NCBI GenBank assembly: GCA_023213395.1
Contig: CM041465.1
Coordinates: 190,409,741-190,473,740 of the forward strand
DNA: 64,000 nucleotides
DNA from: Cycas panzhihuaensis
Taxonomy: Eukaryota > Plantae > Cycadophyta
Reading direction: 5' to 3'
Positions 1-14,800 of the stretch are shown here, one piece after another (positions within the stretch are counted from its first letter, which is position 1; each line of letters begins with the position of its first letter). A program made the position numbers and the translations under genes. Under the pieces are notes generated by a model, which saw only the letters and a program-made list of their open reading frames with translations, was not told the origin of the DNA and searched no databases.

Positions 1-3000
1 AAAGTTTTTATGAATAATATGTGGAAACATAGAACTAATCATTCTTTAGTTAGCTTAATCGATTAAAGTAAATAATGTCTATGGAAGTAAACAAAGAAGA
101 ATTTAATATTTGTAGAATCATGTTAGTCGGTCATTGGATCAACAAATAGTCATCAATATGTATGTGTTGGGACTTAATGAGTGCATCCAAATGTACATTA
201 AATATTGCCACTACTAAATTTAAGACATATTATATCCATGGATAACATAATTGAGGTCAAATTTACATTGGAATAGCCTACTTTCCATCATGATTCTACA
301 TGGTATAACATCCTCAACATATAGAATTTTAATTCAGTGATCATATTAGATGAATCATACTGACCTTTAGTAGAGTACTCACTAGTAGAGCCTTTGCCAA
401 GTCGAGTTCATGTACTACCTACAAAAATACATTAATGTAGGGAATTTGGACTTAGTATCCAAGACTTAAAGAAATAGACTCTTAGCTATAATAGATCCTA
501 CAATACTAAGTTTATGTTATCCACCATTGACCTTGGCTTATCCCCTAAAGAAGATTCCAAATCTGACTAAGAACTTGAGGTCTAGAGCTTTCCCCAACAC
601 CCAAGCTAGAGATATCTATATTTGTTGTCTCTTATCTTGAACAACTATGTATCAAGGGCATCCTTTACAAAACCCCTATCACTATTCTAATCAATGGTTG
701 TGTATCACTTAACTTCATTGATATATCCCTAGCTAAGTATATTGACCTTTATATTGTCTATAAAACTAGATTTACCTATTCCCTACTAAGATATCATACT
801 CTTTATTATATAGGAACAATAAAAAATTAATACATCTAAATTAATATTCAAATATAATATCAGACAAACACATAAACTTCATGGTATTTAACCTCCACTA
901 AATAAACTTCTTCCTAAATTAAATTCATAAGCAATTAAATAGTAGTATTGGACATATAGTGGTTATTAATAATATAAAAAGCTCACATTGGCATCTGCCT
1001 AACCATACAGCATATCCTCATGAAGTACAAGTTTGTCTTCACCCTCTTTATATCCAACCCCCTTCCAGATTATGGTTGTTACCACACCATTTAACTAAAA
1101 TCTCCTCATGATCCAATTAGCCTTAGGTTATATTAGAATTCTTATTTTTTTTTAAATCAGATTAAAAAATTTACTAGTAAGCGAACGAAAATGAGGATTG
1201 TATAGCCTAATAAATGCCTATATATTGCTCTTATTATCCCCATCTATAAAAAGGATGTCTCTTTTTAGCTCTTTATTGATTATTAGGAACTTAGTATGAT
1301 CACCATAAAGAATAAATTCCCAAGCCTAAGGATTGATAATATACTAGATGAAATCAATGGTGCCACCATATTCTCTAAGTTAGATCTTCAATCAAGCTAA
1401 TACTAAATCCTTATTACCCTAGACGATAAACATAAGATGGCCTTCTAAACATATCATAGCCATTTTTAATCCCAATTTATGCCTTTTAGACTATGTAAAG
1501 CTCTAGTAAAATTTCAAGCTTTAATAAATAAAATTTCCCTCTATCTTTGAAAATTTATCATTATCTTCTTTGATGGCTAGAATTAGCATGTCTCTTCACC
1601 TCTAACATTTAGAAACTATTCTTTAAATTCTCATCTAATGCCAATTATATGATAGGCTTTTAATATGTGACTTTAATAAATCTAAATTATAGTATCTGGG
1701 CCATATCATTTCTTTAGAGATGTCTAGGTTAATCTCAATAAAATTTTGGTTGTCACTACATGGCCAACACCCTAATTACATTCTTTCCTAGGACTTGTAG
1801 GATTATACTAATGATTCATTAGAAATTATGTTACCCTTGCAGTCCCATTAATTAATCTACTATAAAAGGATTCATTTTAGTGGTCTCTAGTTATAAATAA
1901 TTCCTTTAATTACCTGAATGTGATCATGTCATCCACTCTAGTCCTTGTCACCCTAAATGTCTCACAACCTTTCTAGTTAGAATTCAATGCTTCTATATTT
2001 GTCTTAGATGATAAGCTCATGTGGAATTTCCACCCAGTTATATTCAAGAGTCACAAACTCAAAGAGTACAAATATCAGTTATTAATACACTAGTATGAAA
2101 TGAAGGTTATCATATATGCTATAGACAAATGGCACTAATATATATTTGGTTTAAAATTTACTATCTTAATAAACCATCATAGGCTCCACTACCTTCTAGA
2201 TTAGTTGGTTTTATCTAAGAAGTAGGCCAAGTGGATCGATCACCTTTAAATACTTGATTTGACTATCACTTATAAGAAAGGGTAAGATAATGTAGTCACA
2301 AAGGCCCTCTCTTGCCTTCTTAGAACCCCATTTAAACCTAACATATATGCAATCTCTAAGCCACAACCAACATGGTTATTAAATCTGGCCATTAATAACC
2401 AAGCCTAACTTGATTTTATATAATATACCAATAAATCCTATATTTAAAAGGATTAGTCAATACATAAGAACCATCTCTTATATAAGTGCCATATCTTTAT
2501 CTATCCTACAGCTTCCTTTATTCCTTGAATCTTGTCCAAGTATCACTCCACTCCTTTAAAAGGCCATTCAAGGCTTAATAAAATATATCATCATATTTAA
2601 TTTGATTATCACCTATTGCACATGAAATATACTATCCTTATATTTATCTATTAGTGTGATATGTATCAATAAAATAAGACAAACACTGAGTATTAACTAG
2701 GCTTTCATTAACCCCTTCATATTCCTTAGGGTAAGAAATATGATATCACAATGGACTTCATCACAAACATACCAATATCTTTTGGGTTTGACTCTATTTT
2801 AGTAATTATTAATAGACTAACTAAGTATGCCCATTTCTTATCTATTCACACATCCTATAAAGAGTCTTGATTTTCTAACCTATACATCTAGTTTATATTT
2901 TATCTTTATGTTTTTTTATCAATAATAGTTAATGATAGAGGCCCCAAATTTACTAGTTTATTTTAGTAAAAATTCTTCCATACATCATAGACTACATTCA

Positions 3001-4195
3001 ATATGAATTAAACCTATTATCCATAAAATGATACTCAGTTTAAAGTCCTTAATAAAAATTTGGAAACATACTTATGTTACTTTACTTGTAAACACTAGGT
3101 TAAATGGACTTCTTGGCTTTCCCTTATATAGTACTAGTATCATTCATCTCATCAATCAACTATAAGCATGTCTCTATTTATGGATCCTTATGTCTATCCC
3201 TTACCATCTCATCATATCTTAGTGATCAATCTTGAACTAGTTTTGGTATAAAAAACTCTGAGATATGGAACAAGTCCTGAACACCCTCAAGTAAAACCTT
3301 AATACCACTAAGAATCATATGAAGTAACTTATTAATGATAACCATTTTGATTTCTTTTTCTCCATTGCTAACTTGGTTTTCCTTTGTCTTCAGTAGTACA
3401 ATAAGCAATCCCTTAAGAAGTATGAAATTCATAAGCTTATCCCCTAATACTATGGTCCATATAAGATACTCCAGCATATTAGTAAGGTCGTGTATACCAT
3501 GGAACTCCCTTCCAATTCCAAGACCCTTAATGTTTTCCATGTTTCATATCTTAAAGAGTATCTTTGCAAAGACATTACTCCCCAGACTATTCTCTTGGTC
3601 CTTGATAAAGAGTAACTCCTTATAATCCCATTAGAATGTATCTTGGCCAATCAATAAATCTACCTTTGGAACAAGACCATATATGAGCATTTGGTGTAGT
3701 GGGTTAGTTATGAGTCTGAGAAAGTAATATAGGAATTGGTTGAATTTATTAAATATCATCTACATCTCCTTAGCTTCAAGGGCTCAACATATCAGGGAAT
3801 GGGACATATTACATAACTACCTATTGTCAATGAAACATGACTCCTAGATAGGTGACCAAGGGACTTGGTGGTTAGTGCATCTATTAACTTTTGTATATGG
3901 ACTACTTATATCTTCTAATAAAATTGGAAGCTACTTATACCACCAATGGTATTTTGTATTAAAGGACTTTCCTATTTATTTAAAGCCACCAAATGTAGAA
4001 GGGGTATTATTGTGTATTAAGATCATATGTGATAGAATACCCCAACACATTTCTAATTCTCTTTTGTTAACCTTATAAGTGACCATCATATGTAATTATA
4101 TTCTCGTTTATAATAAAGAAAGTCCATTACTATCATATTATGTCCTTTGAGCTATTTAAACTTCTTAGTTTGCAGAGAATATTGGTGTCATAACA
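1..4195 (+). mobile_element. Decayed Ty3/gypsy chromovirus, 5' part outside window (PR-RT-RH-INT-chromodomain-PPT-3'LTR)
   Basis: Degenerate protease (ITILINGCVSLNFID ~680-722; VVLDI*WL ~943). RT ([16 protein letters not shown] ~1273; IFSKLDL ~1368; FMPF ~1476). RNase H ~1970-2320. Integrase ([10 protein letters not shown] ~2745). Chromodomain-like EHLV*WVSYE ~3685. Purine tract ~3794-3806, then an LTR. Many stops and frameshifts. Confidence 0.9.
3807..4195 (+). repeat. 3' LTR of the chromovirus
   Basis: Follows the PPT-like agggaatgggaca. Starts TATTAC (decayed TGTTAC) and ends TAACA. Partner LTR is outside the window. Confidence 0.6.
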
Positions 4196-4947
4196 TCATA
4201 AAAACCTTTCATGTAATTAAATTTTACAAGTAGGATGTCCCATCCTTTGAATTAATTCATGCTATCATAATACTACATATCATTTACCACACTACAATGT
4301 CTCTTACAATCCATTAACTCAAATTTTGGTAATAATTAAGTACTACAAGTAGACATTATAGTTTACAAGTAAAGAAACATTTGTCAAATACTAAAACAGA
4401 TTTGAGAATAACTAGAGCAACTAAGTTATAGGGCCATTAATGTTAGATAATAGTCATAAGGGGAGGTTCATGCCATTAATAAAGAATTAATGAAGAAAAA
4501 TAAAAAAATAAAATATAAGTGAAAATCCTAAAACTTGATTAATCTATATATTCATCTGAATTAAGTGCATAAAAGAAACTTTAATAAATAAGGCCACATA
4601 AACTAAATATATTAAAAAGAGGAGAATGGTCTAAAACTTTGATGATCTTTATTCCCTCAAAATAGATATAGATAAATATAAAGAAGAATACCAATAATAG
4701 CAGGAAAGTTCCATTAAGAGGCTTAATAAATTAATTATCAGGATATATACCCTAAAATAAACAATATAACATTTACTCTCAAAGTATGATTTTGAGGAAT
4801 AAAAGGCTTAGAAGACTTCAGTCCAGTAAAGAGGAAATTTTAAAAATGGATGGATATTAAAAAGATCAAAAGAGATAATAATAACTGTTAACTACATATC
4901 TTTTATCATAATATTAAAATATTAATCTACTTATAAGATGGACATAT

Positions 4948-5232
4948 TGTTGGAACAATACCTATTGGGGATTGTATCAGGATAAGGTTTGGTGGAGTTA
5001 TTATGTAAGTACCAATAGTCACACCTAGTTGACTTCATCAGATATTAGTACTAATCATTTTGATGTATATTAACGTTAGTCAATGGTAGATGTTGAGCAC
5101 TTCCCACTCACATCACACCTATATATTCATAAGGTCTGAAGACCCTAGGGTTCATAAACACTGGCATTATATTGGATTGTTTGCTCATGCTTTCATGTAT
5201 TCTCTCTGCTCCCTCTATTTGTAATTCTATCA
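4948..5232 (+). repeat. 5' LTR of copia 4948-11838
   Basis: TGTTGG...ATCA; collinear with 11545-11838 (shared ggtctgaagaccctagg and tggtagatgttgag). Confidence 0.9.
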
Positions 5233-7456
5233 TTTAGTATTAGAGTAGAGTTTAGGAATTCTAAGCTTAGTTTAGGTTGTAGAAGCATCGTCCAAGAATC
5301 TAAAGGCATGTTTGAGAAGTCAAAGTTATGAAGGAGACATGAAGAATTTATTGCTGCTCAAGTTGTTGGTATACACACACTTTCCATTGGTTTATTACAT
5401 CATTGATATCATTTATGGCTTTCATCTTTACTCTATTTTCATTTGGGTTCATAATATCATTATATTCAAGCCATAGAGCTCCTATAACATTTAGTTGAAA
5501 ATTTATTTTGTGTCTGTGAGTATAATGGTTCGTCTGCACTAGGAATTAATCAAAGAGCCATTGTGTGAGGTATTGCACACCTTACAATTATGTATTAAAG
5601 ATTAACACACTACTAATTCATTTATTGTAAAGCTTGCTCAACTAAATCTATATCATTCAAAGAAGAAAGGAGAGCATCTACAAAGTCTACATTTACATTG
5701 TCCCAATTACCACACATTTGCATCCTCAAGAGAAGAAGTTTGGTTGTCACACATGTACATATTATGCCTTTGTTTATTTAAGTCCTTATGTTCCCTTTCT
5801 AATACTTTGTATTGCATCTTGTTATTGTCTATATTTGCATCTTCCTTTTCTCACTAGTGAACTTAATATTGATGATTAAATAAAGGTTGAGTAGTCCATT
5901 TAATCTTGTCCCATTTCTCACATTGTATGTCTACGTCATTGCTGTGTTTACAATTTATGCAATTTTCTATTCCACTTCCTTTTTATACTAGTAAATCTCC
6001 TTGAAGAACATTTTTTTAAATTTTAGTTTTGATTTTCTACTTTAGACCTTCCATCATTTGTCAAAATAATCTGACCTCGATACCTTTCCCTTTAACTACT
6101 AATTATGTTGTGTCCTCTTTTACATAGAGCATATCTTTACACCTATACTGAAATCTTGTTGCTTTTCATTTACGTAGACAGTAATCACATTGTTAACACA
6201 CATCATACATTCGTTGCCAATGGTGGAACACAAATATTTGGTATATGAACATTATAACCTTTATGGAATAATCTTTATTGATTTTTAAATCAATTCACTT
6301 TTGACCAGAGGCTATTACATAGATGTCTTTTTTATTTTATAGCTACGTAACATAGCCTACACTTTTTTATTCTCTTCGCTAGTTGTATAAATATTGCATG
6401 CCATAAATTTGATATTTAGCTCATATTTAATCTTTGTGCTTGTATAAATTTTAAATATATATATGTGTGGCTTCTTTTAAAATAATCATTTTACACATAT
6501 TTACTCATGCGTCCCTTATTATGAGTCTTCTTTTAGACTACAAGGAGATCATTGACTTTCCATTCCTTCAGACCTTATCACTCTTAATCATTATTGCCCA
6601 TAATTGTTACAGTTTTTCAAGGCTAAAACTAGAATTCTCAGATCTTATCCATTGATACACTTATCATTGTTGGTACTTTATAAGAAGGATCTACGAAATC
6701 ATCTAATATTTTTTATTTATTGAAGTTCATTACTTGGAAGCCCTCTTATTCTGCATTTATTAGGTTATATTCATTAGTTAAAGTGATTAGGTTTAGTTTT
6801 ACAAAAGGGGCCAAGATAAATTTTCAAGTTATTGTTCAAAGAAATGACCTACCTTTGTTCTAATGGCCATAATTTTTACCAACAAAGTCTAAAGTTGATT
6901 TTGTCAACTCCAAAACATAGTTCATTTTCACTCAATTGAAATAAGTGGTCACATGACCATCTTCCATTTTAGTTTGATATATTTTTTAATGAGTAAAGTC
7001 AAAGCAATGTGTATTTGAGCCTTTAATATTAAAAAACTAACTTTTTTGTAAAACCTTTTAATGCATATCTTGGTGGTTTGACATTTAAATTGAGTCTTGT
7101 CTAAAGCACTGGGCTCTATTCTCCTTTCTCTAGTAGGTTGTAAAGACATTTTTTTTTTTAGATCATCTTAATAATATTTGCATCCTCAAAAGTGGCACTA
7201 GTGAAAGGCTTCCTACATCATGACCTTTGTATAAACTAGTGAAAATTTAAATTATAACTTCCTACTAATACAAATTATTACTTTTTGAGATGTTTAGAGT
7301 CCTAATTGGGATATTTGTCTAAGTTCTATAGGTAAAGTGGGATATATCTTGTGTTTATTGAGTGCCTTTTTATTACTTTTTAGTGATTTTGATTGTATTT
7401 TATTTTCAAGTACTTTACATTTTAAAAGTTACTTTTTAAGGTAATTTTTCTTTACA

Positions 7457-10400
7457 ATGGCATCAAATCTTAGAAATGTAATTATGCCTAAATTTTATAG
7501 TATAAACTTTTTTAATTAGAGTAGGCAAATGAAGCCTATATTTATTACCAATAACATGTGGGAATTTATTAATATGGGCTATGAAGAGATTGATGAAACT
7601 ACCATAGAGAATGAAAAGAAAAGCTATAAGAAGAATTCAAAGAAGGATAATGAGGTGCTTGTACTTATCTTTTATACATTGGAGGACTAGATCTTCTTCA
7701 AAGTCAATGAGGCCACAACATCAAAGTAGGCTTAGGATACACTCAAGACAACTTATGAAGGAGCAACATCTTTAAAGCTATAAATCTTAAGGAGAAAATT
7801 TAAAAATCTAAGGATGACAATTTATGAGGGAGCTAATGAGCTTATCACTAAGGTTTAAGACTCAATTAATTAAATGAGATCTTTAGGTGAAATAATTAGT
7901 GAATAAAGGGTTGTTGAAAAGATCCTAAGATGTGTAAGAGATATTAAAAGGTTTAAAATGGTGGCCACTAGTGGGAAGTTTTAAAAAACCTTATCATACT
8001 ACAATTGATCAATTATGTACTATACTTTTCACTGCTTAAGAGAAGAAAAGGGAAAGTGAATCCCTTGACCATCGCTTTGCCAATAAGGCTAGAATTAAGG
8101 ACAAAATTATAGGGATAGAGATCAATCCCCTAGAGGTAGAGGCCAACTAAGAAACTAATCTCAAAGATAAGGCCAAGGTTTTCAAAATTATCATGACTTC
8201 CAATGACAAGGTAATTTTCAAGGACAAGGAAATTTCAAGTACAAAATCAAAGATATTATCAAGGGCAAGGGAAAACCTATGGACCTCAAAGAAGAGGAAG
8301 AGGTTAAAGTCCTAGGGGAGGAACCAAGGACAAAGAGGAAGGAGTCCAAGAGGAAGAGAAAGCACTTAATATTGTTATTATCATAGAATTGTCCACTTAG
8401 AAGAAAAATATTTTACTAAAAGTGCACATTCAAAAAGGAGAATAGTCAATACAACTATAAAAGAAGGGCATGATGATAGATTATTTCTTTTAAGTTTAGT
8501 GGCCAATGGATAAGAAGATAATCGGTATATTAATTCAAGATGTTTAACATATATGACACACAAATAAGAATGGTCTAAGAAGATGTATAATTCTAAGAAA
8601 AGTAGATTTATGTTTGGGTGTTTGGGGAAAATGCCACACATACAATAGTTAGAAAGGGAAATGTTTCTATAATAACTAATTTTGGAGCAACCAAGTGTAT
8701 AAATAATGTCCTTTATATTCTAGCTCTCAAGAAGAATCTTCTATCAATGGGTCCGATTATAAAGAAAAAGTATAAAATGATCTTTAATAATAGAAAGTAT
8801 ACCATCAAGAACAAATTAAGGGACAAGGTAATTGTGGCAAAGGGTTAAATGACTAGTGATAAGTTATTTAAACTAATCATACCTTAAACAGATTTCTATA
8901 CTATAAAAGCTTTAGTAAATATTGATTATGAAATATGGCACAAAAGACTTGTCCATATAAATTATAATATTTAGATTTGATGAAAAGAATGGATATGGTG
9001 ATCAGACTCCTTGTTATAATTTGTGAAGGTTACATAGCTAGAAAACAACAAAGAAAAAGTTTTCCAAATGAAATTTATAAGGCCAATGGGCCCCTTCAAT
9101 TGATTTATACGTACCTATGTGGTCTAATGGATGTACCCTCAGAAAGAGGTTCTTGCTACTTCATGGCTTTAATTAATGATTTCACTAGAATGAATTGGGT
9201 CTACTTCATCAAATTCAAATCAGATGCTCTTTAATACTTTATAGACTTAAAAATTTTGATAGAAAGGTAAAGTGGATTTAGAATTCTTATCCTAAGATTA
9301 GATAATAGAGGAGAACTTATCTCAAATGAGTTTAAGGTTTATTGCAAGTATTATGGGATAAGGAAATAACTTATTAAGCCTTATACTCTATAGTAAAATG
9401 AGGTTGTAGAAAGAAAGAATAGAACAATTAAAGAAATAATAAGGAGTATGCTTAAAGATAAGCATCTTGGACATGAATTTTGGGCAAAATCTATATACAC
9501 AATAGTTTATATATTGAACAAATATACCACCAAATTAGTTAGGTGGGTCACACTAGAAGAAGCTTGGACTGACTATAAACCAAGCATTAAATACTTAAGG
9601 ATTTTCGGATGTATAATTAATGTATATATTCTAAACTAAAGAAAAGCTAAGTTAGATTATAAGAGCACGAAGTGTATCTTTATAAGATATAGTGACTGAC
9701 CTAGATCCTATAAACTCTTGATCTAAAAGTTAAAGGAATGATTGTAAGAAAGGATGTCATCTTTAAAGAAGATAAATTTTATCAAGAATAAGTTACTAAA
9801 AATGATAGAGGGGAAAAGATCATGGTTGAAGTAGAATTAAATCCTAAGAGTAAAAATGTTCCTAATCTAAATGAAGTAAGACCTTATACTTGAAATCAAA
9901 TGGTTCCTATGTGGGTATAAAGGGCACATGACCCTTTAAACATTTTAGATAACAACTTTGAGAGAATAACAACTAGGACTTAAAGGATAAATTTTACTTT
10001 AATGATTCAAGTTATAGAGCCTAATGACCCTCATAACTTTGAAGAGGTTAATATATAAGATCAATGAAAACAAGCTATGAAAGAGAAATATAATGCCTTA
10101 GTTAAAAATGATACATGAGAATTAGTAGATCTTCCATCAAATAAGAATACAATTAGAACTAACTGGATCTATAAGACTAGGTATAAGTCAAATGGAATGG
10201 TTGATAAGTATACGGTAAGGTTACTTCCTAAAGGCTATGCTCAAATTGAAGGTATAGATTATAATGAGATTTTTATACCAGTTACAAGACTAGAGACAAT
10301 TAAATTAATAATAGCTTTAGTTGCGCAGTAAGGTTGGAGAGTGCACCAAATGATTGTTAAAAATACTTTCTTAAATAGTTATATAGAAGAAGAGATATAT

Positions 10401-11530
10401 GTTTAATAACTAAAATGTTTTGAAGTAATGGATGAAGAAAACAAAGTCTATAAACTTAAGAAGGTCTTGTATGGACTTAAATAAACACTTAGAGCATGGT
10501 ACTTTAGGATCAATAAATACTTTAAGGATAACAGATTCTAAAGGAGTCAATCTAATCTAAATTTGTACATCAAGATAAAAGGAAGCTCTATATTTATTAT
10601 GGGCTTATATGTTGATGACCTTGTATACATTAGGAATGATATTCACTTGTCCTAAAGATTGAAAAAGGATATGTGTAAAGATTTTAAAATGATAGACTTA
10701 TGACTAATACATTACTTCTTAAACATGGAGGTTTAGCAAGATGAAAATGGAATATTTATCTCCCAAAGGATATACATATTAGACATATTATACAAGTTTA
10801 ACATGAGTAGCTATAAGTAAGTTATAACTCTAACAAAAGTTGGGATGAAGTTACCCAAGTTTGAGGAATCAAAATCAGTTGACCCTACAATCTATATGTA
10901 ATTGATTGAAAGTTTAATTTACTTAATTTCAACTCGACCAGATATCTTGTATGGTATTATTGTGATTTCTAGATTTATGCATAATCTTATGGTGAGACAT
11001 TAGCAAGAAACAAAGAGGATTCTCATGTATCTAAAGTGCATAAGCATATATAGACTATATTACAAGTTATAAGGGGACTATATATTAATTGGATATATAG
11101 ACTCACATTGGGTAGGTTGTGTAAATGATAGGAAATCTACCTATAGTTATACTTTTAGTTTAGGTTCAGTTGTAATAGCATGGTGTTCAAAGAAATAGGC
11201 CAGAATATCTTTGTCTACTACTGAAGTAGAGTGTAAGGTAGTTATAACAAGTGCTTATGAGATAGTTTATGTTAGAAGGTTACTCTAAGATTTATAAGAA
11301 GGATAAGTTGGTCCCACTTGGATTCTTTGTGATAATAAAAGCACCATTCAGATGACTGAGAATGTAGTGCTTCATGGTAAGATAAATCACATGGAAATAT
11401 AACATCTTTTTATTGGGAAATTGGTCTAATAAAATAAGAAAGATTAGGAGGCAAGCATATTCATTAAGGTACATAGAAAGATAAAGTTTATCAAATTTAA
11501 AGGTAAACTTAGAGTCTCCCCAAATGGGGA
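7457..11530 (+). pseudogene. Copia gag-pol, heavily interrupted
   Basis: ORF-track fragments 8618-8848 (protease tail), 8977-9234 and 9448-9639 (integrase: PLQLIYTYLCG, INDFTRMNWVYFIK, FWAKSIYTIVYILN). RT and RNase H motifs follow in copia order. Confidence 0.9.
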
Positions 11531-11544
11531 TTATAGGAGAGAAA

Positions 11545-11838
11545 TATTGGAATAATATCCATTGGGGCTCATATCAACCTAAGGTTTGATGGAGTTATCA
11601 TGTCAGCACCAATAGCTACACCTAGGTAACTTTATTAGATATTAGTAGCAATCAATTTAGTGTTTGTTAATGCTAGTCAGTGGTAGATGTTGAGAACTTC
11701 ATACTCACATCCCACCTATATATTCATACGGTCTGAAGACCCTAGGTTCATCAACACTGCCATCATATTGAATTTTTGGTTTACCCTTTCATGCATTCTC
11801 TCTACTGTCTCTGCTCCCTCTATCCCCTAATTTCATCA
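11545..11838 (+). repeat. 3' LTR of copia 4948-11838
   Basis: Starts TATTGG (decayed TG), ends CATCA, followed by TSD gatat. Confidence 0.9.
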
Positions 11839-14800
11839 GATATTAAAGCAAATAAATGGTTGGTCAATATATAAAATGCCATGAAATCAATATAGATTAG
11901 TGATACTCAAGAGTAAATTAACTTTAGCATAGATCACCTGATAGGATCCATATATTAGTAGACAACATCATAAAAAGAGGAAGGAAAGGCAACCTAATTA
12001 AAGTAGAAACCACATAGAGCACTAATAGAGTGAGCCATATCATATCCAATTTACATACTGCTTCTAAGGGGAACAATTATTTAAGAAATTCATATAGGGG
12101 TTCCATAAACTTTATTTAAAGGTGGGTACGACTTCCACTTATGTTCTCATACTCTACATCAATAATTTGTAACCCTAGATTCAAGTAGAGATCATTTCTT
12201 TATCCCAACTATATTAGATTATACAATCAATTTGATACATCAAATTGAATCCAAAAATTAGATTACTTAAAGAAGGTTCAATATGACACCACTAACAAAT
12301 CAAAGTCTAAAATATAAGTTAAGGGGAACCAAGAAACCAATGTTTTAGAGCTACTAGAGCATAGATTCCTATACTAATAGAAATTTTGATGTAATATAAA
12401 AATTAAGGAAGAGGGAGAGAGTTGAGGAAAAGACCCTTTGTATTTATCATACTCATAAAAATTAATGTAACAAAGGATAAAAGTATAGAAAAAAAAAATG
12501 ATATAATGTAGAGGTTAACACTAAGGTTAAGGAGAGGGAAGAACCTCAAAAAGACTTTGATGAGATTCAATCAAATAAAGAATCATTATGTATAATGGAG
12601 CTAAATGGTGGCCAACCATAGAGATCTTTGTCTATTATGTCCAACATTTAATATCCAAATACTATTAAGTTCTTCAGATACCTTATAAAGAAAAAGGGTA
12701 TGGCCCTTATTAATCTAAGAAATACATGTAATTTCATTGATGTTTAGATTTCTAATAGATTAGAGTTACATGTAGAGAAGAATGATTTTAATATCACACT
12801 TCTAATAGTTTGGGTCTTGCAATGTTATGAGATTAAGTAGGACTGCCTTTAGATCAATTGGCTCTCAGTAAATTACTATACTTTTCTTATTTGTAATTTT
12901 GATATAGTCTTAGGAGTTAAATAGCTGAGCACACTTAGGACCTATTCTCTAAACTATAATAAAAAAATTTATCAAGTTTATAATAAATGGTAAAAAATAT
13001 GAATTCATGGGGATTATTGCCCTCAAATCATCAATCGATTTTACATAGAAAATGGGGAAAATGATTAATAAAGGTCATGTTGACTTCATCACAACATTAT
13101 TCTATATTTAGTTAGAGGAGTTAAAGGAAGAGTTACCCTAAACCAAAAGTAAGAAATAAATCTACTCCTCAATTATTACACTGATGTCTTTTAATAGTTA
13201 TGTAAGAGCCCACCACTTAGTTGAACCATGTAATACCTTATTAAGTGGAAGAATTATCATAACAAAATTTGACTTAGGAAGATAAATGATTTATTAGAGA
13301 ATATCCATCATCACTAATGCTTTATAGAAAAGTGTTTTTATAATAGGTAAAACTTGTTTAAAATCCAATCCATAATTAATGGGGGATGCACTAGTTATTC
13401 TTATCCTAAATTAGGGAAGAACTAGATTAATTAATAAGTGGTGTTATCTTCTAGGAAGTTATTTTATTGAAATGGTGATTAAAGATGAGTATATATAGAG
13501 GTCATAAGCCTTTATAATTCACTAATTTATTATGGATTTAAGCTCCAGAGACTAACTCTTGGAGGGACCTGTCCCTATTTGGTTTTCAAACTCGACTTTT
13601 AAAATGTCAAATTATTTATTTTTATGGCTATAGAAGAAAACCTTTATCATAAAGTTCTCTTTAAGGATGAGGATGTGTGGCCTTATGGCTTATTGTAAAA
13701 TTGCTTCAACAAGGATACCATGTTCAAGTCACTATGAGATTAAACCTAAGATACAAGGATGATGGGAATTTCCTAATGCAATTCAATTTAAGCATGTGAG
13801 AGGTTTGACTCCATCATCTAATCCTCCCAAAACCTAGACTTTAATCCCATTGCAATCCCTGCTTAAGCTTGAAATTATCTTAAATATGGTCATACAATAC
13901 ACCTATAAGTGAAAGATGTGCTCTAATACCATAGGCCCACCAAAAATGAATAATAAAATAAGAACAAATTAATAATATATAGTATATAGTGACGTTAGAT
14001 AAATAATCAAAAATAAATGAGGAGTACTAAGGTATATATTAAGTACTAAAATATTGAATATAAGATTTAATTAAATTAATTAACTATATAATTATTAAAA
14101 TGATCATAAGTTTTGGTTAACATAACTCTTATATTTATAGTCAAAATAATAGACCATTTATTGTGCTCACTTTTATAATTATTAAAATAATAAATGTTGG
14201 TTTTACTAGGTAACTTTTTTTCCCCTTTTTATTATTGATTCATTAATAGAAGATGAGACTCTAGATGTCAATCTAGAAGTTTATCTTCCTAAATGACTAC
14301 TTTTTTCCTTTAATATTTTTAACATAATTTTATAATTTTTCTTGGAATGTTAGAGGATCTTCCTTAGCCTTGGGATGAACACTCATAAAGAATTAAATAT
14401 TATCAGAAGTGGGCATCCCTAATTTTCTCATCATTTAAGAATACACCCATTGGTAGTAAGTTATTTAATGTAGTTTTTTTCTATTTGGAGGTTAGAGAAT
14501 TTTGATTCTTTTAATCACCTTCAAGGCTCGGGTGGCATGGTTATCTCTTTCTCTAATTAGTTGAAATAATCTTTTATATGTTTAAGTTTTAATCCTTGTA
14601 GTCAACCCACATAGGTTATTTCCCATTTCTAAAATTTGTTTATTATCATCCTTAACATTTAATATAGTTAGATCTATATATGTTAAGATGGAAGGATTCC
14701 TTTGTCTTTTAGTTTTAGCCTAATTTTATTGTTTGATCAGCTTCTAAGGCTTATCCTAGACTATTTAAAGGGTGGTCATTAACCTTTAATTCCTCTAGGT

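Larger units (their letters stand above)
4948..11838 (+). mobile_element. Full-length decayed Ty1/copia retrotransposon with ~2.2-kb 5' leader
   Basis: LTRs 4948-5232 and 11545-11838. TSD catat/gatat. Decayed iMet PBS tagtattagagt (~5235). PPT aggagagaaa before the 3' LTR. Gag from ATG 7457, INT 8930-9770, RT ~10040-10800 (GLYVDDLVY ~10602), RNase H ~11085-11500. Confidence 0.93.
4324..13900 (+). mobile_element. Internally deleted gypsy/chromovirus remnant (gag-PR...chromodomain-LTR), interrupted by the copia at 4948-11838
   Basis: Protease motifs ALINLRNTCNFID (~12702) and DIVLGVK*LSTLG (~12901). Chromodomain-like YLIKWKN (~13234) follows ~300 bp later, so RT/RH/INT are missing. LTR-like sequence from tgttaaa ~13355. 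Outer boundaries approximate. Confidence 0.6.

Noticed and set aside
3226-3650. ORFs 3226-3540 (-) and 3450-3650 (-)
   Set aside because: Antisense to the decayed integrase C-terminus of the chromovirus.
13920-14460. Reverse PBS gctctaatacca (13920-13931) and PBS-like ttggtagtaag (~14451) as additional elements
   Set aside because: No partner LTR or TSD could be identified; left unresolved.
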